In this document: positions 18,538 to 28,225 of the stretch, one piece after another
How positions within the stretch are numbered: position 1 is the stretch's first letter
Layout of the letters: each line of letters starts with the position of its first letter
Source: Geobacteraceae bacterium
GTDB taxonomy: Bacteria; Desulfobacterota; Desulfuromonadia; Geobacterales; Geobacteraceae
DNA: 36,992 nt
Assembly: GCA_012797715.1 (NCBI GenBank)
Contig: JAAZOO010000210.1
Coordinates: 1-36,992 of the forward strand
Reading direction: 5' to 3'
Position numbers and translations under genes: made by a program
Notes under the pieces: model-generated
Database searches by the model: none
Seen by the model: only the letters and a program-made list of their open reading frames with translations
What the model was told of the DNA's origin: nothing

Positions 18538-19209
18538 CTAATCGATATTCTTTTGGAAGTAGAGTGAAAGGGAATTCAATTCAAGGGCTGCAAGAGAACC
18601 TAGTTCCTGATTGGATGAGTACACACATCCGTTATCAAGAAGGATCCAACCTGTCCTGAGTGAATTTATTATTGCCTCTTTTGTGACCGGCGTATGACCA
18701 GAAATGATCGGCTTGCCCGTGAACACGCTTGTAGTATTGATGGAAGAAGGACGGGCCCAGAGCATTGCCTCTTTGTCGCTGAAGGGATCGTCCGCCTGAC
18801 GGTTCAAGCCGGCATGAACGAGAATGAAGTCTTCCAGTTCAAAATAGTATGGAAGCCTCGATAAAAACCTCTTATAAACAAGGGGAGTATCACAGGGATC
18901 CTCAATCCCGAAACTATCGAGTGTTGTTCTCCCCCCATTCAGCAACCAGACCCGGAAGCAATCCCTGTCTTCGCAGGCACGAAGAAGCATGTCATCGTGA
19001 TTTCCCCGCAGAGCATGCGCAGAGTATCCCTTCTGCCGAAGACGCAGAATGGAGTCCACAACCTCCCTGCTTCGTGGCCCGCGATCGATATAGTCACCAA
19101 GGAGATAGATGGTATCTGTTTTCCTGATGCGGAGGACATCGTGCAGAAGTGCTGAAAATGTCACAGAACAGCCATGGATGTCAGGAATGACAAATCGTCG
19201 ATTACGCAT
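18538..19209 (-). CDS. Metallophosphoesterase, PPP-family Ser/Thr phosphatase-like / ApaH-like
   Basis: 223 aa with IPDIHGC, LGDYIDRGP and RGNHD. It lies 24 nt upstream of yjbQ on the same strand. Confidence 0.85.
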   Translation of the reverse strand: MRNRRFVIPDIHGCSVTFSALLHDVLRIRKTDTIYLLGDYIDRGPRSREVVDSILRLRQKGYSAHALRGNHDDMLLRACEDRDCFRVWLLNGGRTTLDSFGIEDPCDTPLVYKRFLSRLPYYFELEDFILVHAGLNRQADDPFSDKEAMLWARPSSINTTSVFTGKPIISGHTPVTKEAIINSLRTGWILLDNGCVYSSNQELGSLAALELNSLSLYFQKNID

Positions 19210-19583
19210 TATACGGCTTTCCAGTCAACCACATATATCTGCTGCATTTCCATAATGGTATGTTTCCATCGTTCCATTTTTATCCAAGACTATATCAATT
19301 TTCCTTCTTTGAAAAGAATGTAAACATCAAATGTTGCATGCAAAAGAAATGGGGAGGACGTTCATGTTTATGAATCTGGATTTCTCGAGGTATTCGAAGA
19401 AGGTGGAGTTGCGGCATTTCGGATAGTCGCGAATCTTCCGTAGCAGCGGGTTTGTCAACCGATTTCCGATTCAGTCGTTTTTTAAACCATTTTTCAACAA
19501 AGTCTGTATATTTGCCGTAACATGCCATACCAATGATGAACGCTTTTCTAAGTCGATGAAAGTACCATTCTCCAGAGGTTGCG

Positions 19584-20780
19584 ATGAAGAAAATCATATT
19601 TGTATCGACCATAGCAATTTGTTTTTTGGCTGCAGGCGGTTACCTACTTTTCGCCAAGGAACGAGAACCTTCCTACGTCACCGAACGCATTGAACGGGGG
19701 CCTCTAGTTTCAACGGTCTCGTCCACGGGGACTCTTAACGCAGTTACAACCGTTCAGGTTGGGACACAGGTGTCGGGAACCATACAGAAGATTTTCGTCG
19801 ATTATAATAGTCCGGTAAGAAAAGGCCAGATAATTGCGCAGATAGATCCGTCAATCTTCAATTCACAGGTGGAGCAAAGCCAAGGCAACTACCGGTTTGC
19901 CGTTGCAAACCTTTCGAAGTTGAAAGCCGTTGCCCATGACGCTCGAAGAACGCTGGAAAGGAACAGGCAATTACTGAGAGAGGGGATAGTGTCACAGGGC
20001 GATTTCGACGCTGTAGAAGCAAAATTCAGGGAAGCGTCTGCCGCCGTCACTGGAGCGAAAGGAACCGTACTCCAGGCACGCGGCGCATATAAACAGTCCC
20101 TGATGAATCTGCGTTATGCCACGATACGATCTCCCGTGGACGGAATTGTCGTTTCGAGGAATGTCGATGTGGGACAGACTGTTGCAGCGTCTTTCCAGAC
20201 GCCCACTCTCTTTACCATTGCCCAGGACTTGACCAAGATGCAGATCAATACATGCGTCGATGAGGCGGATATCGGCAAGGTTGTGGTTGGTCAACCCGCC
20301 GTATTTACCGTGGACGCGTATCCGGAGATGCAATTCAGGGGAGTGGTTTCCCAGGTGAGAATCGCTCCGATAGTCACACAGAATGTGGTAACCTACGACG
20401 TCATCATAACCGTGGAAAACAGGGACCTCAAACTCAAGCCCGGAATGACCGCCAATGTGAACATCGAGGTAATGAGGAAGTTTAGTGTGCTGAAGGTTCC
20501 CAGCTCTGCCTTGCGCTTTAAGCCCCGTGAAAACGGAGTGGGCGCTGCATGGAAGGTGACTATGGAGAGGCACGGCAAGAATGGGGCCTCCGGACAGAAG
20601 ATTTTCCTGCTCAAGGACGGCAAACCCGACCCGGTTCCGGTTCAGACTGGAATGTCGGATGGTTTGTACGTGGAGCTTGTCCGGGGTAAGGTGCGTCAAG
20701 GCCAGGAGGTTATTGTTGAGCAGACTCTTCCCAAGAAAAAGGCCGCCACTACAGGCGGTGTAATGGGTCCGAGGTTTTAG
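19584..20780 (+). CDS. Efflux periplasmic adaptor subunit (HlyD/MacA-like)
   Basis: 398 aa with an N-terminal TM segment, a coiled-coil hairpin region and a beta-barrel region (IRSPVDGIVVSRNVDVGQTV). Confidence 0.85.
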   Translation: MKKIIFVSTIAICFLAAGGYLLFAKEREPSYVTERIERGPLVSTVSSTGTLNAVTTVQVGTQVSGTIQKIFVDYNSPVRKGQIIAQIDPSIFNSQVEQSQGNYRFAVANLSKLKAVAHDARRTLERNRQLLREGIVSQGDFDAVEAKFREASAAVTGAKGTVLQARGAYKQSLMNLRYATIRSPVDGIVVSRNVDVGQTVAASFQTPTLFTIAQDLTKMQINTCVDEADIGKVVVGQPAVFTVDAYPEMQFRGVVSQVRIAPIVTQNVVTYDVIITVENRDLKLKPGMTANVNIEVMRKFSVLKVPSSALRFKPRENGVGAAWKVTMERHGKNGASGQKIFLLKDGKPDPVPVQTGMSDGLYVELVRGKVRQGQEVIVEQTLPKKKAATTGGVMGPRF

Positions 20781-21506
20781 ATGGGAGAGATTGTCGTTCG
20801 GACACGAGAAGTTTCAAAGGTATACAGCACGGGGGAGCAGCATGTCGATGCTTTGCATAAGGTTTCCCTTGAAGTGGGAAAAGGGGAGTTTGTCGCCATC
20901 ATGGGCGCTTCCGGGAGCGGGAAATCGACTTTCATGAACATCATCGGTTGTCTGGATGTTCCAACGTACGGCGAATATCTGCTGGAGGGGGAGAACGTTC
21001 AGGGCCTGTCGGAAAACGCCCAGGCAGAACTCCGAAACAAGAAGATAGGCTTTGTATTTCAGGGCTTCAATCTGCTGGCAAGGACAACTGCCGTCGAAAA
21101 TGTGGAGCTTCCCCTTATCTACGCACGGTTTCCCGCTTCGCGGAGAAGGGGAAAGGCGCTCGCTGCCCTGTCGCTTGTGGGGCTCGCCGACCGTGCCGAA
21201 CATACCAGTAAGCAACTATCGGGAGGGCAGCAGCAACGGGTCGCGATAGCGCGGGCGCTGGTGAACGATCCCGCCATTATCCTGGCGGATGAGCCGACTG
21301 GAAATCTCGATTCTCTGACCAGTATAGATATCATGGCGATCTTCCAGGAACTGAACAGTCAGGGTAGTACCATTATCATGGTTACCCATGAACCTGAAAT
21401 TGCCGCCTTCACAAAAAGGAATATTGTTTTTCGGGACGGCTGCATCATTTCGGATACTCCGGTCGTGCGCCAGACAGATGCCCGACAACTGAAGAGTCAT
21501 ATGTGA
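20781..21506 (+). CDS. ABC transporter ATP-binding protein (MacB/LolD-type)
   Basis: Walker [10 protein letters not shown], signature LSGGQQQR, Walker [12 protein letters not shown]. The ATG immediately follows the adaptor gene's stop. Confidence 0.9.
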   Translation: MGEIVVRTREVSKVYSTGEQHVDALHKVSLEVGKGEFVAIMGASGSGKSTFMNIIGCLDVPTYGEYLLEGENVQGLSENAQAELRNKKIGFVFQGFNLLARTTAVENVELPLIYARFPASRRRGKALAALSLVGLADRAEHTSKQLSGGQQQRVAIARALVNDPAIILADEPTGNLDSLTSIDIMAIFQELNSQGSTIIMVTHEPEIAAFTKRNIVFRDGCIISDTPVVRQTDARQLKSHM

Positions 21507-22732
21507 TGGAGTTTCCGTTGAACATAAAAATTGCGCTGCGTGCACTCAGGAGTAACAAGATGCGCTCCTTACTGACCATGCTGGGCGTAATCATCGGAAT
21601 CGCCGCGGTTATTGCCATGGTGGCGATCGGTTCAGGGGCGAGCAGGGTCATTTCCGATCAGATAGCAAGCGTAGGCAGTAATATTCTCCTTGTCTTGCCT
21701 GGGTCGAGAACAAGTGGCGGCATTCGGATGGGTCACGGCAGCACACCGACTTTGACCTACAACGACGCAAAAGCCATAGCTGCGGAATGTCCGTCGGTTG
21801 TGTTCGCGGCCCCAGTCGTCAGGGGAGGGGCGCAGGTCGTCTCCGGCAACATGAACTGGTCCACGTCGATATTGGGAGTAACACCGGAATATTTTTCGGT
21901 ACGGGATTGGCGGGTTGTTTCGGGTAGGATCCTTGGGCGCTCGGATGTGGAGGGGGCAGCCAAAATCTGCCTCATCGGCCGAACCGTCGCAGAAAACCTG
22001 TTCGGTGCTGAATATCCTGTCGGAAAGATTGTGCGTGTCAAAAAACTTCCCTTTCTGGTGATTGGTGTACTGGACGGAAAAGGCCGGTCTCCGCAGGGCG
22101 CCGACCAGGATGATGTGGTTTTCGTTCCTCTGACAACAGCTCAAAGAAAGCTGTTCGGTAGTCAATTTCCCGATTCTGTCAGCTCCATCATGATTCAGGC
22201 GAAAAGCGAAGAGGAACTCAGCCGCGCTCAAAACCAGGTGGATGCCCTCCTGTTCCAGCGACACAGAATTGGTCCGGGCCGTGAAATGGACTATACCGTG
22301 CGAAACCTGACCGAGCTCCTGAATGTCGCAGAACAATCGTCACGGGCAATGTCTTTTCTTCTCGGCGCGGTGGCATCCATATCCCTTGTGGTTGGTGGAA
22401 TCGGCATCATGAATATCATGCTGGTTTCCGTTACTGAACGTACCAGGGAAATCGGGATTCGCATGGCTATCGGGGCCAGGAAAAAGGACATCCTTCTCCA
22501 GTTTCTCACCGAAGCGATTCTGCTGACCTGTATCGGCGGGATACTCGGCATTGTACTAGGAGTCGTCGGAGCTAATGTCGTTTCCATGGTATTCGATTGG
22601 CCGACGCTTATTTCTTTCCGGTCGATATTCATTGCCTTCGCTTTCTCCGTAGCAACGGGGGTCTTTTTCGGTTACTATCCCGCAAAAAAAGCCGCTATGC
22701 TGAATCCAATCGATGCGTTGCGCTATGAGTAG
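21506..22732 (+). CDS. ABC transporter permease (MacB periplasmic domain plus FtsX domain)
   Basis: About 408 aa with LRSNKMRSLLTMLGVIIGIAAV and a C-terminal FtsX-like 3-TM block. ATG at 21506 overlaps the TGA of the ATPase gene (TGATG). GTG at 21503 is an alternative start. Confidence 0.85.
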   Translation: MEFPLNIKIALRALRSNKMRSLLTMLGVIIGIAAVIAMVAIGSGASRVISDQIASVGSNILLVLPGSRTSGGIRMGHGSTPTLTYNDAKAIAAECPSVVFAAPVVRGGAQVVSGNMNWSTSILGVTPEYFSVRDWRVVSGRILGRSDVEGAAKICLIGRTVAENLFGAEYPVGKIVRVKKLPFLVIGVLDGKGRSPQGADQDDVVFVPLTTAQRKLFGSQFPDSVSSIMIQAKSEEELSRAQNQVDALLFQRHRIGPGREMDYTVRNLTELLNVAEQSSRAMSFLLGAVASISLVVGGIGIMNIMLVSVTERTREIGIRMAIGARKKDILLQFLTEAILLTCIGGILGIVLGVVGANVVSMVFDWPTLISFRSIFIAFAFSVATGVFFGYYPAKKAAMLNPIDALRYE

Positions 22733-22778
22733 CTGGTGGAGTGTCTTGGATCAAAGAACTACAAAGAAAGGGTTCACG

Positions 22779-24311
22779 ATGGGTTCCACTCGTTTGCGTT
22801 TTCGATTTCTTATTGTCATTCTTGAAGTGATATGCGTAGGTGTGTCCGGATTTGCACACGCAAAGGATGAAACCGTAAATCTGACCCTGAAACAGGTTTT
22901 GTGTATGGCGGTCGAAAGAAACTTGGAGGTCAAGGCGGAGCTTTTCAGTCCAGCCATGTATGAAGCGGAAATCAGAAAAAATCGCGGAATATATGACCCG
23001 ACAATGACACTTTCCACTATATATCAACAGGCAACGACGCAGCCTGCAAGCTCCTTACTGGCGGGCGCCAGCATAAGCAGGCAGAAAAATTATCAAGCAA
23101 ATGCCGGAATTAAACAGTTTGTGCCTAGTGGCGGTACGGTGGGTCTGAGTTTCAACAATCTATGGAATCGTAACAATTCAGACTCGTCACGCGGTTTTCT
23201 TAATGAATACTGGCAATCTGACCTTATGCTCACCTATACTCAACCGCTTCTGAAAAACTTTGGGCGGGAGACAACCGAATCGGTGATTAGCGTTGCGGTG
23301 AATAACAAGGAAGCATCGCTTGACCAGTTCCGGAGCAAACTTATGGATGTCGTGACACGCTCCAGGATCGCCTATTATACCCTGTACAGCCTGAAAGAAA
23401 ACCTGGAAGCAAAACGAATCGCGCTGGCACTTGCACGGAAGATTCTCGAAGATACGAAGGGAAGGGTGCGGGCGGGTGTGCTTCCGGCCATGGAGATACT
23501 GAATGCCGAGTACGGTGTAGCCGCACGGGAGAAGGAACTCATCGATGCTGAAAAAAGCATGAGAGACCAGATGGACGTTGTGCGCTTTCTCCTGCAGATA
23601 GACGGGAGCCCGGATGTGAGGCCGATTGACCCTCCCATCAGGGATGAGTACCCTGTCGATGAAAATGAAGCCATTTCCCGGGCGCTTGTCATGCGCCCCG
23701 ATCTGCGTTCCCTCAGAACGAATCTGAAGACAGCGGAACTGCAGACCCGTGTGGCACAGAATCGCATGATGCCGGAACTTGATTTTGTCGGAAGTGCGGC
23801 ACTGACAGGTCTTGGAAGTGACTACGGTCATGACCTGGAAAAGATCGGCTCGGCTGACAATCCGGTATGGTCGGTTGGTCTGCACCTCACCTATCCAATC
23901 GGCAATCGTGATGCGAAAAACACTTTGATTAAAAGCAGGCTCAATTCCGAACAGATACGGGTTCACTTGAAAAATCTCGAAGACACCATAAGAAACGAGA
24001 TAAAAATCGCTGTCCGCGGGATTCGAACCAGCTATCTTCAACTGGATGTGGCAGACAGGGGTCTTGCCTATGCCGAGGAACGGTTGCGCGCCTATGTCAA
24101 GAAAAATGAGGTCGGATTGGCCACCACAAAGGAAGTGGTTGATGTGCAGAATGATCTGGTTGCGGCCAAGGCAAACCAGATCAAAGCGCAGACGGAATAC
24201 ACGATAGCAATCGGTCAACTCTGGAAAGCTACCGGCGAGGTGCTGGAACGGGAGGGGATAACCCTGAATGGGAAAGAAGCCGATGCTCTCTATGATTCGA
24301 TCAGCCGGTGA
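22779..24311 (+). CDS. TolC-family outer-membrane efflux protein
   Basis: ATG at 22779 gives the signal peptide MGSTRLRFRFLIVILEVICVGVSGFAHA. The protein has a two-repeat alpha-helical/beta-barrel architecture (LTL.Q....A...N). Confidence 0.85.
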   Translation: MGSTRLRFRFLIVILEVICVGVSGFAHAKDETVNLTLKQVLCMAVERNLEVKAELFSPAMYEAEIRKNRGIYDPTMTLSTIYQQATTQPASSLLAGASISRQKNYQANAGIKQFVPSGGTVGLSFNNLWNRNNSDSSRGFLNEYWQSDLMLTYTQPLLKNFGRETTESVISVAVNNKEASLDQFRSKLMDVVTRSRIAYYTLYSLKENLEAKRIALALARKILEDTKGRVRAGVLPAMEILNAEYGVAAREKELIDAEKSMRDQMDVVRFLLQIDGSPDVRPIDPPIRDEYPVDENEAISRALVMRPDLRSLRTNLKTAELQTRVAQNRMMPELDFVGSAALTGLGSDYGHDLEKIGSADNPVWSVGLHLTYPIGNRDAKNTLIKSRLNSEQIRVHLKNLEDTIRNEIKIAVRGIRTSYLQLDVADRGLAYAEERLRAYVKKNEVGLATTKEVVDVQNDLVAAKANQIKAQTEYTIAIGQLWKATGEVLEREGITLNGKEADALYDSISR

Positions 24312-24559
24312 TGGGAATGTGATATGGGTCGATGAGACAGAGGTGTGGGACACTGGTTTACGGGTCGCCCAGTCAGCTGAATGTGAGAGCTTCTTGTCTT
24401 CCGCGACTGTCGCTGCTGCGTGGATGCGTGGGAGGAGAGGGTACGCAGATGGTTTTTCAGGATACTCAATCTGAATTCCGGCCGCACGCATTCTACAGGT
24501 GAGCATGATTCTAGCGGAAATTGGTCTGCAGTGAAGAACATTTTACGGGAATACGCCGT

Positions 24560-25690
24560 ATGAGCCTCTTTCTCCTTGTTATTTTTCTTTTGTACGGGGG
24601 TATGCACTTTCATGCATACCGAAAGTTTTCCGGGGCATTCACCGTTTCTTTGCCGGTGAGCTTGTGTATTGTCCTGTTCATGGGGGTGATGGTTTGTGCG
24701 CCTGTGCTGGTTCGTGTTGCGGAGAGAGAGGGCCTTGAATCGATTGCAATACCCCTTGCCACTGCCGGTTATCTTTGGATGGGGTTTTTGTTCCTGTTTT
24801 TCTCCACGTCGGTCCTGCTTGACGGCGGAAGGTTTCTCCTGAAGGTGTCCCGTGTCCTTCCCTACGGGTGCCACCCGACAGACCGGCAAACGTTTCTGGC
24901 TTCTCTGTTCATTTCTTTCGTGGTGGTTGTCCACGGATACCGTGAAGCGGGGAAAATCCGTACGGAAAAAGTCACCATCCGTACGGAAAAACTGCCTCCT
25001 TCGCTCCCCCGTCTGACAATAGTGCAGATATCCGATGTTCATCTGGGCCTGATGGTCAGGGAAAAGCGTCTACATGCAATTGCCCGGGCGATTGAAAATG
25101 CGCATCCTCACCTGCTGGTTTCAACCGGCGACCTGGTGGACGGACAGCGGGACGGGATGGAGAAAATGGCAGCGGAACTCCGGAATTTGAAGCCTCCATA
25201 CGGGAAATTCGCCGTCACCGGAAACCACGAATGGTACGCAGGAATCGGGCCTTCCCTTGATTTTACCCGTCGTGCCGGTTTCTTCGTGTTGCGTGGTCAA
25301 AATATGCGAGTGGGGGAATTCTTGCACGTGGCCGGTTTTGACGACCCTATGGTGGAAAGATCAGGAAGCTTCCGAAGAAACGAAAGTGATATTCTGGGAA
25401 ATATTCCGCGGAATGAATTTACCGTGGTGCTCAAACACAGACCGGTGGTTGACAAACAAAGCATCGGACTGTTTGATATCCAGCTTTCGGGACATGTCCA
25501 CAAAGGGCAGATCTTTCCGTTCGGACTGGTGACAAGACTGGTATACCCTGTGAGCACCGGACTGTCACGCTGTGGGGATTCGCTCCTCTACGTGAGCAGG
25601 GGTACAGGAACCTGGGGGCCGCCGATACGTTTCCTTGCGCCCCCCGAGGTGACTGTTATTGAGCTGGTGCATGGAAAGACCGGTTCGTGA
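24560..25690 (+). CDS. Membrane-anchored metallophosphoesterase (YkuE-like)
   Basis: Several N-terminal TM helices are followed by ISDVHLG, TGDLVDG, TGNHE and SGHVHKGQ. The start at 24560 (MSLFLLVIF) is preferred over the tracked 24521. Confidence 0.8.
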   Translation: MSLFLLVIFLLYGGMHFHAYRKFSGAFTVSLPVSLCIVLFMGVMVCAPVLVRVAEREGLESIAIPLATAGYLWMGFLFLFFSTSVLLDGGRFLLKVSRVLPYGCHPTDRQTFLASLFISFVVVVHGYREAGKIRTEKVTIRTEKLPPSLPRLTIVQISDVHLGLMVREKRLHAIARAIENAHPHLLVSTGDLVDGQRDGMEKMAAELRNLKPPYGKFAVTGNHEWYAGIGPSLDFTRRAGFFVLRGQNMRVGEFLHVAGFDDPMVERSGSFRRNESDILGNIPRNEFTVVLKHRPVVDKQSIGLFDIQLSGHVHKGQIFPFGLVTRLVYPVSTGLSRCGDSLLYVSRGTGTWGPPIRFLAPPEVTVIELVHGKTGS

Positions 25691-25705
25691 CAAGAAAGCG
25701 CGTCG

Positions 25706-25885
25706 TCAACGGCAGTCATCCCGCCAGAGGCATTCGGACTGTCCGCATGAATCGGCGTTTCCTGTTTCATAACAATCGTTATTCCCTTCATCCTTCTGAA
25801 TAAGACGGATGATATCCTTTTTTTTCAGGCCCTTTGTCGTCAGGCCGCGCTCTTTTGCGATTTTTTTCACGTCATCAAGTTTCAT
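25706..25885 (-). CDS. Small (59 aa) SAP/Rho-N-like domain protein with a 4-Cys C-terminal tail, not in the ORF track
   Basis: ATG at 25885 is preceded by GGAGAAGGAGAG. The product is MKLDDVKKIAKERGLTTKGLKKKDIIRLIQKDEGNNDCYETGNADSCGQSECLWRDDCR, with TGA at 25706-25708 (reverse strand). Confidence 0.65.
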   Translation of the reverse strand: MKLDDVKKIAKERGLTTKGLKKKDIIRLIQKDEGNNDCYETGNADSCGQSECLWRDDCR

Positions 25886-25916
25886 AGATTCTCTCCTTCT
25901 CCGGTGTTGGTAGGGA

Positions 25917-25944
25917 ATGATATAAATGTTTACAACTATAGCAA
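25917..25944 (-). promoter_or_regulatory. Candidate sigma-70 promoter for the 59-aa gene
   Basis: On the minus strand, TTGCTA (25944-25939), a 16-nt spacer, then TATCAT (25922-25917), about 30 nt upstream of the start codon. Confidence 0.3.
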
Positions 25945-26064
25945 AGCGGAGACTGAATACAACCGAATAGTCAACATACTATAATACTGAAAACAGCCTG
26001 ACTACGCCTTTCCAGCGCTTAATCCCACAGGAGGGCGTTCCCCGGCGCTTCAAGGAGGAAATGT

Positions 26065-26850
26065 ATGAAGGAAAGCTTTAATAAATTTCGAGTCTCAATG
26101 GCTGTTCACCTGCCGACGTTCCTTTTTCCCGCTTTCCTATGTGCGGTAACAGTGTCCATCTTCATCTCTCCTGCTTCTGCATTAGATATTCCGGAAAAGC
26201 TTGTCTACGATCTCACATGGTCGGGAATCAAGGCGGGGACAGCTACCCAGGAGATACGTGCCGAAGCTGGAGAAACCAGGATAATTTCAACTGCGCGATC
26301 TGCTGATTGGATTACGACATTCTTCCCGGTGGAGGATCGCATCGAAACGGTCCTGACGGGAGGAGGTCCGGGAAAGATCGGACTGCCCAAGACCTATCAC
26401 ATGAAAATCCGTGAAGGGAGTCACCGTAGGGACAAGGAAGTCCTTTTTGAACACGGCACGGGCGTTGCCCATTACAAGGACAACCTGAGCGGTGAAAAAT
26501 GTGAGATATCCATCCCCGCAGCCACATTGGATACCCTTTCGAGCTTCTTTTTTGTCAGGACACTCAAACTGGAGGTGGGATCGTCCGTTTTCTTGACGAT
26601 TCTTGATAACAAAAAGATTTGGAATGTGGAGGTAAAGATACTCAAGAAGGAAAAAATCAAAACCAAGCTCGGCACGTTCGATACCATTGTCATCAAGCCC
26701 TTGATGCAGTCGGAAGGAATCATGGAGAGAAAGGGCGACATGTACATATGGTTGACCGATGATGAGCGCCTGCTCCCGGTAAAAATGAAAACAAAGGTCA
26801 AGGTCGGCAGCATAACGGCGACTCTCGTCGGCGGCTCTTTCAAGAAATGA
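26065..26850 (+). CDS. DUF3108-like secreted protein
   Basis: 261 aa with a signal peptide ending ISPASA, then LVYDLTWSGIKAGTATQE and a beta-rich sequence. AAGGAGGA lies upstream of the ATG. The family name is from memory. Confidence 0.6.
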   Translation: MKESFNKFRVSMAVHLPTFLFPAFLCAVTVSIFISPASALDIPEKLVYDLTWSGIKAGTATQEIRAEAGETRIISTARSADWITTFFPVEDRIETVLTGGGPGKIGLPKTYHMKIREGSHRRDKEVLFEHGTGVAHYKDNLSGEKCEISIPAATLDTLSSFFFVRTLKLEVGSSVFLTILDNKKIWNVEVKILKKEKIKTKLGTFDTIVIKPLMQSEGIMERKGDMYIWLTDDERLLPVKMKTKVKVGSITATLVGGSFKK

Positions 26851-26960
26851 TAGAGGGTGCGGAGCCGCTCCGATGACGAGGTGGGTTCCGCGCTCCCCCT
26901 CCTCTCGCCTCACTGGTGGAAATCCTTTTACAAAATGAACTGGATGTGGTAGCAATTTCC

Positions 26961-26991
26961 TGTTAACTAGACAGATGGTAGTAGGTTGACA
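26961..26991. promoter_or_regulatory. BirA-operator-like imperfect palindrome upstream of bioF
   Basis: TGTTAACT-N15-GGTTGACA lies 44-74 nt upstream of the bioF ATG. It resembles the bioO consensus TGTAAACC-N(14-16)-GGTTTACA, and its right half contains a TTGACA -35-like hexamer. Confidence 0.4.
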
Positions 26992-27034
26992 ATTGGTGTC
27001 AATGATGCCATCAGTTCTCGAAGGAGAGAAATTC

Positions 27035-28207
27035 ATGTCCCGTTCTTTTGCCGAAGAATTGCGCAACCTGCACGAACAGGGGCTGTACCGAAGTATGAGA
27101 AGCATCACGGGGAGCCAGCAATCCAAGGTGGTTATGGACGGCAGGGAAAAGCTGCTTCTCTGTTCCAATAATTATCTCGGACTTGCCGATCATCCCCAGT
27201 TAAAAGAGGCGGCAATCCGTGCAACCGAGAGGTTTGGTGTCGGAAGCGGCGCTTCTCGCCTGGTCTCGGGAACAATGGAACTTCACGAATCCCTGGAGTC
27301 GCGAATCGCTCTTTTCAAGGGCACGGCTCGCGCTCTTGTCTTTAATTCCGGTTACGCAGCCAATACCGGGGTGTTGCCCGCACTCGTGGGAAGGGGTGAT
27401 GTGGTATTTTGCGACCGCCTGAACCATGCAAGCATCGTGGACGGCTGTCTCCTTTCCCGTGCCCGCATGGTCCGGTACCCCCATAACGACATGAAAGAGT
27501 TGCGACGTCTGCTCCAGGAGAACAAAGGGCAGAGGAGGCTCATTGTCAGTGACGGTGTATTTAGTATGGATGGCGATTTCGCCCGCCTCAGCGATCTGGT
27601 AGCCCTGAAAAGGGAGTTCGGTGCACTTCTGATGATCGATGACGCCCACGGCACCGGCGTTCTCGGCGCTACGGGCAGGGGTACTGCTGAGCAATTCGCT
27701 CTACAATCCGGGATAGATATCCATATGGGGACGCTGGGAAAGGCGTTCGGATGCTTCGGCGCCTATGTGGCCGCTTCGGAAGAGATAGTGGACTATTTGG
27801 TGAATCGTGCCAGGAGTTTCATTTTCTCCACCTCTCTTCCGCCGTCGGTAATTGCTTCCTGCCTTGCCGCGCTTGAAATCATCGACTCCTCTGCCGGAGC
27901 TGATTTGCGGGTTCGCCTGGCGAGGAATTCAACTATGTTACGAACCGGTCTGCAGTCCGCTGGATTTAATACTCTGGAAAGCGAGACTCAGATTGTACCC
28001 GTGATGGTCGGTGCTGCAGAGAAGACTATGGAATTTTCAGCAGCCCTCTTTGATGCCGGTGTGTACGTACAGGGTATCCGCCCTCCCACTGTTCCGGCCG
28101 GTGGCTGCCGGTTGCGCTGCACCCTGATGGCAACCCATACGGAAGATGAAGTATCCCGGGCCCTTGACCTGATAACCGTTACCGGGAAAAGACTGGGAAT
28201 TATTTGA
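27035..28207 (+). CDS. bioF: 8-amino-7-oxononanoate synthase
   Basis: ATG at 27035 has GGAGAG upstream. The protein has a PLP-enzyme fold with [17 protein letters not shown] and GTLGKAFG (Lys). Confidence 0.9.
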   Translation: MSRSFAEELRNLHEQGLYRSMRSITGSQQSKVVMDGREKLLLCSNNYLGLADHPQLKEAAIRATERFGVGSGASRLVSGTMELHESLESRIALFKGTARALVFNSGYAANTGVLPALVGRGDVVFCDRLNHASIVDGCLLSRARMVRYPHNDMKELRRLLQENKGQRRLIVSDGVFSMDGDFARLSDLVALKREFGALLMIDDAHGTGVLGATGRGTAEQFALQSGIDIHMGTLGKAFGCFGAYVAASEEIVDYLVNRARSFIFSTSLPPSVIASCLAALEIIDSSAGADLRVRLARNSTMLRTGLQSAGFNTLESETQIVPVMVGAAEKTMEFSAALFDAGVYVQGIRPPTVPAGGCRLRCTLMATHTEDEVSRALDLITVTGKRLGII

Positions 28208-28225
28208 AAGGGAGAGACGCTGCCC

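Noticed and set aside
19295-19612. 105-aa minus-strand ORF in the phosphoesterase/efflux divergent region.
   Set aside because: It starts inside the adaptor-gene coding sequence, has no SD at either candidate Met, and has no recognisable motif.
24449-24502. 17-aa mini-ORF (MVFQDTQSEFRPHAFYR) with GGGAGGAGAGGG upstream, about 58 nt before the membrane metallophosphoesterase gene. A weak hairpin plus T-run lies at about 24415-24460.
   Set aside because: It is too short, and the purine run may be fortuitous. The hairpin (6 bp, 21-nt loop) is too weak to call a terminator for tolC.
23187-24506. Very long antisense ORFs: the 439-aa ORF opposite tolC, plus 7335..8267, 11479..12384, 12287..13138, 15032..15910, 21632..22336, 24290..25042, 26287..27168 and 34923..35918.
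   Set aside because: Each lies fully opposite a gene with clear family motifs. Their translations are low-information (rich in R/S/P/G/C/H) with no recognisable domains and no SD at their starts. They are typical shadow ORFs in the antisense frame of biased coding sequence.
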